A DNA stretch of 64,000 bases from positions 2,353 to 66,352 of the forward strand of contig JAYNVZ010000002.1 in assembly GCA_038101125.1 (NCBI GenBank). The letters run 5' to 3'. The translations under genes and the position numbers were made by a program. Under the pieces are notes generated by a model that was given only the letters and a program-made list of their open reading frames with translations, was not told the DNA's origin and searched no databases. Positions 57,759 to 64,000 of this stretch are shown piece after piece; the first letter of the stretch is position 1; each line of letters starts with the position of its first letter. The DNA comes from Gammaproteobacteria bacterium (GTDB lineage Bacteria; Pseudomonadota; Gammaproteobacteria; GCA-002705445; GCA-002716945).

Positions 57759-59540
57759 TTATTCTATAGACTCTTTCTGAAGATTCCACATTTGGAAATA
57801 TAAGCCTTTTGTACTGAGAAGATAATTATGCTTTCCACTTTCAATTATTTCCCCATTATCTAGAACATAAATCTTATGAGAATCTTTAATAGTCGAGAGT
57901 CTATGTGCAATAACTAAAGATGAAATATTCTTTGAAATTGTATTCATTGAACTTAATATTTTACTTTCTGACTTAGAATCTAAACTTGAAGTAGCTTCAT
58001 CAAATAATATAATTTTAGGATTTTTTAGCACTGCTCTAGCGATAGCAACTCGTTGTTTTTCTCCGCCTGAAAGTTTTAATCCTCTTTCACCAACTACTGT
58101 TTCATATTTATCGGGTAGACTATCTATAAAGTCATGAATATTTGCAAGTCTTGCCGCTCTAATTACGTCTTCTTTGTTTGAAGCATTATCAGCATATTGT
58201 ATATTGAAGAAAATACTTTCATTGAAAAGAACGGTATCTTGAGGGACTACAGCTATATTTTTATGTAGACTATATTGGGAGCAATTAGAGATATTTTGAT
58301 CATCTATTGAAATCATACCATCGCTAACATTATAAAATCTATAAAGAAGTCTCCCTATAGTTGATTTTCCTGAAACTGATGGACCAACAATCGCAACTTT
58401 TTTGCCAGCAGGAATCTCTAAAGAAATGTCTTTTAATATGCTCCTATTTTGGTTATATGAAAAAGAAACATCTTTAAATTTTATATTACCAGTCTTAACA
58501 ACCAGATCTTTTGCATTTTCTTTGTCAACTATTTCAATTTTCTGATCTAATAATTTTAATAACATATTCATATCTGCCAAAGCATATGTAATCTGTCTAT
58601 AAACTATGCCTAAAGTATTTAGAGGTACAAATAGTTGTAACATTAATGCATTTACGAGAACTAAGTCGCCCAAAGTCAGTGACCCATCTACAACTCCTGA
58701 TGATGCAAAAATCATTATAATTGTTACGCCAATGGTAATAATTACAGCTTGGCCAAAGTTTAGCAATGACATGGTCTTTGTGCTTTGCATTGCTGCATTC
58801 TCCCACTTGAATAAAACATCGCCATACCGTTTAATTTCATATTCCTCATTATTAAAATACTTAACTGTTTCATAATTTAGCAAACTATCAACAGCAATAG
58901 AATTTGCTTTAGAGTCAAGACGGTTCATCTCATGTCTATAGTTCATCCTCCAATTAGTAACCATTAACGTAAATATAATATAAATAATAATTGTTAATAA
59001 TATTATAAGTGCAAAAGCAGACTCATAAGTTGTAAGTAAAATAGCTCCTACAAGGAGGACTTCAATAAATGTTGGCAAAATAATAAATATCATATAATTA
59101 ATTAGGGATGATAAGCTTTGAGTTCCTCTTTCAAGATCTCTTATAATTGAACCGGTTTGTCTTTCTAGATGAAATCTCAAAGACATTTTATGGAGATGAT
59201 CTAATACTCTTACTGAGATCTTATACACAGCATGGTATCTAACCTTTGCAAATAAAACATCTCTAAGCTCACTGAAAAAAGCTGTAGTGAGTCTCAATGA
59301 GCCATATGCAATTAAAAGGCCAAGCGGTAAAATTAATAAAGTATTGTCATTATTAAGAGAGTCAACTATCTCTTTTAGTAACACTGGAACTGCTACAGTT
59401 GCTACTTTTGCAATCACCAAAAATAGTAGCCCAAAGATAACTCTTGATTTAAAATCCCATATGTATGGGAACATTTTTGTAAGATTATCTAAGTTTTGTC
59501 TATCATCCTCTGATATCTCTGTCCTTGAGGTAAAAATCAT
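57759..59540 (-). CDS. ABC transporter permease/ATPase fusion, Atm1/HMT1-type (ABCB) exporter
   Basis: Six-TM N-terminal domain, then Walker A GPSVSGKST, LSGGEKQR and Walker B ILFDEATS. 593 aa. Confidence 0.8.
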   Translation of the reverse strand: MIFTSRTEISEDDRQNLDNLTKMFPYIWDFKSRVIFGLLFLVIAKVATVAVPVLLKEIVDSLNNDNTLLILPLGLLIAYGSLRLTTAFFSELRDVLFAKVRYHAVYKISVRVLDHLHKMSLRFHLERQTGSIIRDLERGTQSLSSLINYMIFIILPTFIEVLLVGAILLTTYESAFALIILLTIIIYIIFTLMVTNWRMNYRHEMNRLDSKANSIAVDSLLNYETVKYFNNEEYEIKRYGDVLFKWENAAMQSTKTMSLLNFGQAVIITIGVTIIMIFASSGVVDGSLTLGDLVLVNALMLQLFVPLNTLGIVYRQITYALADMNMLLKLLDQKIEIVDKENAKDLVVKTGNIKFKDVSFSYNQNRSILKDISLEIPAGKKVAIVGPSVSGKSTIGRLLYRFYNVSDGMISIDDQNISNCSQYSLHKNIAVVPQDTVLFNESIFFNIQYADNASNKEDVIRAARLANIHDFIDSLPDKYETVVGERGLKLSGGEKQRVAIARAVLKNPKIILFDEATSSLDSKSESKILSSMNTISKNISSLVIAHRLSTIKDSHKIYVLDNGEIIESGKHNYLLSTKGLYFQMWNLQKESIE

Positions 59541-59558
59541 ATTTGTTAATCCAAAACT

Positions 59559-60431
59559 ATTCCACTGTTACTGATTTCGTTCGTTTGGGCATGATGTTCA
59601 TCGGTCTCAACATATTGAGTTTCCTTAGTTTTTTGTATACCTTTTGCTTTATATTAGTATACCAATTTATTGCCTTTACTTAAATTGTGTCTTGCGCATA
59701 GTATTTGGATATTCTTTGGATCTTTAGACGAACCGCCTTTTGAGAAAGGAATTTTATGGTCAAAGTGTAGATTATCTTTTGCGCCACAGACAACACACTT
59801 TCCCTCATCTCTAATAAATACATCTTGCATAACATCTCCTGGGATATATCTATTATGTACTATATCAATATTATCAGATTCCTCAGGTTTAAAATTATCA
59901 AAATTAGGTCTCAAAAGAAATTTAAAAACATTTCGTTTGCCATCATGTTCTATAAACGCGTCGATTAAATCATAAAAGTCCATATCTGCCCACATTCCAA
60001 TCCTCATCTTCCTATATACTTTTATTTTTGCCGGATCTCTTTTACCGTCCTTAAATTTTTCTGCTGCTAGAAGAAATTTTCCGTTCTGAGTCAATGTCCC
60101 TGTTTTATTTTTAATTGGTTGATCAACTGTCTTTTTGAGTTCTTTCTCTATCCTATATTGATCATGCCCTTCATATTTAATTACTCCATTTTCTAGCATC
60201 TCATCTGAGTATGGAGCATTCCTTAGGGTGGACATTAGAACAATTGAGTATGATCCACGAATCCCAAAATTCATTCCTGCCTGAAGATTTATACCTCCCT
60301 CATTCATTACTAGAGTATTATATGTAATAAGTTTCATCTTTGTTTGTTACCATTCGTGATTTAATTATAGGACATGCCCACCCTTTCCAAAAGGAACTAC
60401 TCCACTGTGACTGATTTTGCTAGATTTCGTG
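59559..60431. mobile_element. Small insertion (~0.8 kb, HNH endonuclease cargo) at the glmS 3-prime end, flanked by imperfect direct repeats duplicating the last glmS codons
   Basis: 60401-60431 tccactgtgactgattttgctagatttcgtg is the functional glmS terminus (...NLAKSVTVE*). 59561-59590 tccactgttactgatttcgttcgtttggg is a decayed copy encoding ...PKRTKSVTVE*. About 20 of the first 22 nt are identical. Confidence 0.55.
59654..60337 (-). CDS. Free-standing HNH endonuclease with uncharacterised N-terminal domain
   Basis: C-terminus CVVCGAKDNLHFDHKIPFSKGGSSKDPKNIQILCARHN is a zinc-finger-bracketed HNH motif. It sits in a roughly 0.8 kb insert flanked by duplicated glmS 3-prime ends. Confidence 0.7.
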   Translation of the reverse strand: MKLITYNTLVMNEGGINLQAGMNFGIRGSYSIVLMSTLRNAPYSDEMLENGVIKYEGHDQYRIEKELKKTVDQPIKNKTGTLTQNGKFLLAAEKFKDGKRDPAKIKVYRKMRIGMWADMDFYDLIDAFIEHDGKRNVFKFLLRPNFDNFKPEESDNIDIVHNRYIPGDVMQDVFIRDEGKCVVCGAKDNLHFDHKIPFSKGGSSKDPKNIQILCARHNLSKGNKLVY

Positions 60432-62220
60432 GCTGATCAATATTTGTTTTCTTATTGATAGCTACATAATATGACAACAACTGCATAGGTATTACATAAA
60501 CCAGTGGCGCTATGTAGTGTCCGCATGCTGGCATAGATATAATATTAGTCTTATCATTTTTCTTAAGTTTCATTTTTTTGTTAGTGAAGATATAGACCAA
60601 TCCTTGTCTTGCTTTAACTTCAGCTAGATTTGATAATACTTGGGTTACTAAATTGTTATCTGGCATTAAACCTACTACAGGCATGTTCTTATCAACCAAT
60701 GCTAACGGCCCATGTTTTAATTCTCCAGCTGCATACCCTTCTGCATGGATGTAACTAATCTCTTTCAATTTCAATGCTGCCTCAAGCGCAATTGGATAAG
60801 ATGCACCTCTTCCTAAAAATAACGTATGATTTTTATTCTTAAACTGTTTTGCCATTAATTGCATTTCTTTTTCAAGCTCAAAGGTTTTTGATAATATTCT
60901 AGGTAGTGATTTAATTTGGTTAATAATTTTACTCTCTAGTTTAGAATCAGATGCTCTCGACAACGTTGTTGCAAGTAACAGAAGAGCAATTAGCTGTGAG
61001 GTGAATGCTTTAGTTGATGCAACACTGACTTCAGGGCCTGCTTGCATGAGATAACTATAATCTGAAAGTCTTGTGATTGTACTTTCTGCGACGTTACAAA
61101 TTGATAGGATAGAACTATATTTGCTCTGTTTTGCTTTTTTTAAAGAATAAATTGTATCAGCAGTTTCACCTGACTGAGAGATTGCAACAAATAAAGTGTC
61201 TTTTGGTACGTTGATTGTTCTATACCTGTATTCACTTGCAATTTCAGCAGTACACATAATATCTGAAACTTCTTCAATCCAATATTTAGCAACTAACGAT
61301 GCATTATAGCTAGTTCCACAAGCGACGAAGTGGACATGCTTAATAGATTTCAACATAGAATCAGATTTTGGTCCAAATATATTTGGCAAGATTTTTGATG
61401 TGCCTAGTTTATCTTTTATGACTCTAGTAATAATATCTTTTTGTTCAAAGATTTCTTTTTGCATAAAATGTTTATAGCCATTTTTTGAAATTGCATTTGT
61501 ATTTTGTTTAGTTACTGATGCTAAGCGTTTTATTCTTTTACCTTTTACATTGAATAGCTCTACCTTATCTTTTGTTATTATTCCAAACTCATTATCCTCA
61601 AGTGAGATATATTTTTTTGTTTTACTGACAAGTGCATTTATATCTGATGAGATATAGTTCGTATTCTTACCCATTCCAATCAATAGAGGGCTACCATTTG
61701 AAGCAACAAAAATCTTATCTGGTTCCTTTTCATAAACTATGCCTAATGCAAAAGAGCCTTTAAGTTTTTTAAATGCATTAAGGAGTATATCAGACAGCTT
61801 GTTGTGTTTTTTAGAAAAGTATTCTAGTAAGTGCGCAATAACTTCTGAGTCTGTATCTGATGAGAATTTATGTGACTTTTTAGACAGAAAGATTTTAATC
61901 TCCTCAAAGTTTTCAATGATTCCATTATGTACTATTGAAAATCCACCATAGTTGTGCGGGTGTGAGTTTTTTAAATTTGGTACACCATGCGTTGCCCATC
62001 TAGTATGGGCTATTCCACAGTAACCCGTTAGTTTATTAGAAGCTAATATTTTTTTAAGAGCAACCACCTTACCGGTGCATCTAAGTCTTTTTATTTTATT
62101 AGATTTTGAAATTAATGTAAGTCCAGCTGAATCATATCCACGATATTCAAGTTTCGACAAGCCTTCTATAAGATCTTTATGGACATGCGAAGATGACACT
62201 GCGCCAAATATCCCGCACAT
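60397..62220 (-). CDS. glmS: Glutamine--fructose-6-phosphate aminotransferase
   Basis: MCGIFGAV N-terminal nucleophile, two SIS domains and the canonical C-terminus ...DQPRNLAKSVTVE. 607 aa. Confidence 0.95.
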   Translation of the reverse strand: MCGIFGAVSSSHVHKDLIEGLSKLEYRGYDSAGLTLISKSNKIKRLRCTGKVVALKKILASNKLTGYCGIAHTRWATHGVPNLKNSHPHNYGGFSIVHNGIIENFEEIKIFLSKKSHKFSSDTDSEVIAHLLEYFSKKHNKLSDILLNAFKKLKGSFALGIVYEKEPDKIFVASNGSPLLIGMGKNTNYISSDINALVSKTKKYISLEDNEFGIITKDKVELFNVKGKRIKRLASVTKQNTNAISKNGYKHFMQKEIFEQKDIITRVIKDKLGTSKILPNIFGPKSDSMLKSIKHVHFVACGTSYNASLVAKYWIEEVSDIMCTAEIASEYRYRTINVPKDTLFVAISQSGETADTIYSLKKAKQSKYSSILSICNVAESTITRLSDYSYLMQAGPEVSVASTKAFTSQLIALLLLATTLSRASDSKLESKIINQIKSLPRILSKTFELEKEMQLMAKQFKNKNHTLFLGRGASYPIALEAALKLKEISYIHAEGYAAGELKHGPLALVDKNMPVVGLMPDNNLVTQVLSNLAEVKARQGLVYIFTNKKMKLKKNDKTNIISMPACGHYIAPLVYVIPMQLLSYYVAINKKTNIDQPRNLAKSVTVE

Positions 62221-63596
62221 TATTTTTTACCCTTGATAGTTTTATTTTTCCATTTAGGTATAGATACCTGCTTACTTCTTGCAATTGTAAGACTGCCACC
62301 ACCAGGAGTATCCTTAGTAACAGTTGATCCAGCAGCAATATATGAGCCTTGCGCAACAGTTACAGGAGCTACTAGTCTTGTGCCAGAACCAATAAATGAG
62401 TTGCTTTCGATTATTGTTTTATATTTATTTTCACCATCGTAATTACAAGTTATACAACCTGCGCCAACATTGATATTTGAACCTAATGTTGCATCACCTA
62501 TATAACTGAGGTGATTAATTTTTGTTCCTGAGCCAATCGTAGAATTTTTAACTTCAACAAAGTTACCAACCTGAGAATTATTTTTTAGAACAGCACCAGG
62601 TCTGATACGTGCATAAGGACCAACAATACAATTATCTCCTATAGTTGCACCAAATATAATTGTATTAGGTTTGATATGGACATTTTTACCAATCTTGCAT
62701 CTGTTTAGATAACAGTTATGACCTATAGTAGAATTTGAACCAATAGTGACTTTATCTTCAAAGATACAATTGATATCTATATCTACATCTTTCTGTACTT
62801 TTAAATCACCTTTGATGTCAGTTCGTTGAACATCTCTTATTAAAACACCTTTATTGAGCAGATTAGTTGCTTTTTTTACAAGGAGTTTCCTTTCTAAATC
62901 AACAAGATCTTTTTTAGAGTTAATTCCCATAGTTTCTAATTCATCCTTTATGCTATATGTTGATATCTTATGATTATTATCACTCAATAATGAGATTAAA
63001 TCAGTTAGATAAAACTCTTTCTGTTTATTATTATTATTAATCTTACCAATATATTTTCTCAGAACATGTTCTTTGATACAAATAATACCTGTATTTATCT
63101 CAGTAACCTTTTTAATTTTCTCTGAGGCATCTTTTTCTTCAACAATTTTGATTACTTTGTTTCCATCTCTAATAACACGTCCATAACCTTTTGGATTTGC
63201 TTGATTAAAAGTACCTAAACATAGATCGGATTGACTAAGTTTTTTTATCATAATGTTTAAGGACTGTGATGATATAAACGGAACATCGCCACAGAGGATC
63301 AATATGTTGTTATTGCGTTTAGATGGAATTTGCTTTAGAACTGATTTAACTGCATCAGCGGTACCAGATGGTTTTTTTTGTAATACGCTTTTTATATTAT
63401 TTTCTTTTATAAATGTAGTTAGTTCTTCTGGTGGATTGCTTAATACGCAGACTATATTGTTTGACTTTATTTTTCTTGCAGCATTATAGACATGTTGGAT
63501 AATAGGTTCGGCTGAAATCTTGAATAATATCTTAGACTTCAAAGAAAGCATTCTAGTGCTTTTACCGGCAGCCAATATAATAGTTGTCAATGACAC
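62220..63596 (-). CDS. glmU: Bifunctional GlcNAc-1-P uridyltransferase / GlcN-1-P acetyltransferase
   Basis: N-terminal LAAGKSTRM nucleotidyltransferase motif and C-terminal left-handed beta-helix hexapeptide repeats. 458 aa. Confidence 0.9.
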   Translation of the reverse strand: MSLTTIILAAGKSTRMLSLKSKILFKISAEPIIQHVYNAARKIKSNNIVCVLSNPPEELTTFIKENNIKSVLQKKPSGTADAVKSVLKQIPSKRNNNILILCGDVPFISSQSLNIMIKKLSQSDLCLGTFNQANPKGYGRVIRDGNKVIKIVEEKDASEKIKKVTEINTGIICIKEHVLRKYIGKINNNNKQKEFYLTDLISLLSDNNHKISTYSIKDELETMGINSKKDLVDLERKLLVKKATNLLNKGVLIRDVQRTDIKGDLKVQKDVDIDINCIFEDKVTIGSNSTIGHNCYLNRCKIGKNVHIKPNTIIFGATIGDNCIVGPYARIRPGAVLKNNSQVGNFVEVKNSTIGSGTKINHLSYIGDATLGSNINVGAGCITCNYDGENKYKTIIESNSFIGSGTRLVAPVTVAQGSYIAAGSTVTKDTPGGGSLTIARSKQVSIPKWKNKTIKGKK

Positions 63597-63615
63597 AATG
63601 GTCTCCTGAAAAAAA

Positions 63616-64000
63616 CTATCTTTTTCCTTTCAACTTTTTAATAAGCTTAAGCTGCGCTGCTGCTTGAGCTAATTCTGTTTTTGCTTTGACCAAGTCCATG
63701 TCAGAACCACTATTTTCCATTGCTTCTCTAGCTTTTGATTCAGCTTCTTTAGCTCTTTCTTCGTCTAGATCATCTTCTCTAATAGCAGTGTCTGATAATA
63801 TTGTTACAGAATTAGGCTGAATTTCAAGTAAACCACCACTGATAAAAAAAGTTTTTGTTTCAGTGTCTGATATTTGAGCACGTACATCACCTGCCTTTAA
63901 TTTAGTCATTAGAGGAGTATGCTGTGGTGAAACGCCTACTTCTCCCATCATCGCAGGAGCAAAGACCATCTGCACATCTGCTGAGAAAAGTTCTTCTTCA
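63616..64000 (-). CDS. atpC: F1 ATP synthase epsilon subunit (partial; start beyond window end)
   Basis: N-terminal beta-sandwich (VSPQHTPLMTKLKAGDV) and a C-terminal helical hairpin. The frame continues to the window edge. atpC-glmU-glmS synteny matches E. coli. Confidence 0.8.
   Translation of the reverse strand, partial: EEELFSADVQMVFAPAMMGEVGVSPQHTPLMTKLKAGDVRAQISDTETKTFFISGGLLEIQPNSVTILSDTAIREDDLDEERAKEAESKAREAMENSGSDMDLVKAKTELAQAAAQLKLIKKLKGKR

Overview
This window reads as an AT-rich, gene-dense chromosome segment from a streamlined sulfur-oxidising gammaproteobacterium. The SUP05/Thioglobus-like assignment is an inference from gene content. Almost everything is coding, and many convergent genes abut or overlap at their stop codons.

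Core content, left to right:
- The 5-prime part of a dsr locus on the minus strand, in the order dsrA-B-E-F-H-C-M-(K). The dsrEFH genes mark oxidative-type Dsr.
- A TonB-dependent uptake module with two outer-membrane receptors, exbB, two exbD copies, tonB and candidate Fur boxes.
- cysG, grxC, tadA, typA/bipA and a DEAD-box helicase.
- An NAD(P)H-oxidoreductase plus molybdopterin-enzyme pair.
- ispA, thiS-thiG-trmB, and an alpha2-type glycyl-tRNA ligase next to gmhB.
- glnA-ntrB-ntrC with an upstream sigma-54-type promoter.
- gpsA and secB next to a rhodanese-like gene and a BigR/SqrR-like regulator.
- ctpA, bfr, mtnP, an SRAP peptidase, an Atm1-type ABC exporter, and glmS-glmU-atpC.

Most unusual regions:
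1. A plus-strand accessory block at about 4.9-10.6 kb, wedged between dsrA and the TonB module. It encodes a TauD-family dioxygenase, an orphan Cas6-like RAMP protein (no CRISPR array is visible), a cysteine-less DsrC/TusE paralog, three tiny acidic proteins, a second 2OG-Fe(II) oxygenase, a divergent TrpD-like glycosyltransferase-family-3 protein, a Rieske ferredoxin and a DUF4396 membrane protein.
2. A roughly 0.8 kb insertion carrying a free-standing HNH endonuclease at the 3-prime end of glmS. It is flanked by an imperfect direct duplication of the last glmS codons (KSVTVE-stop).
3. An ArsR-family regulator with Cys45 and Cys111, the BigR/SqrR persulfide-sensor spacing, next to a cysteine-free rhodanese-like protein.

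No rRNA, tRNA or CRISPR array was found by eye.
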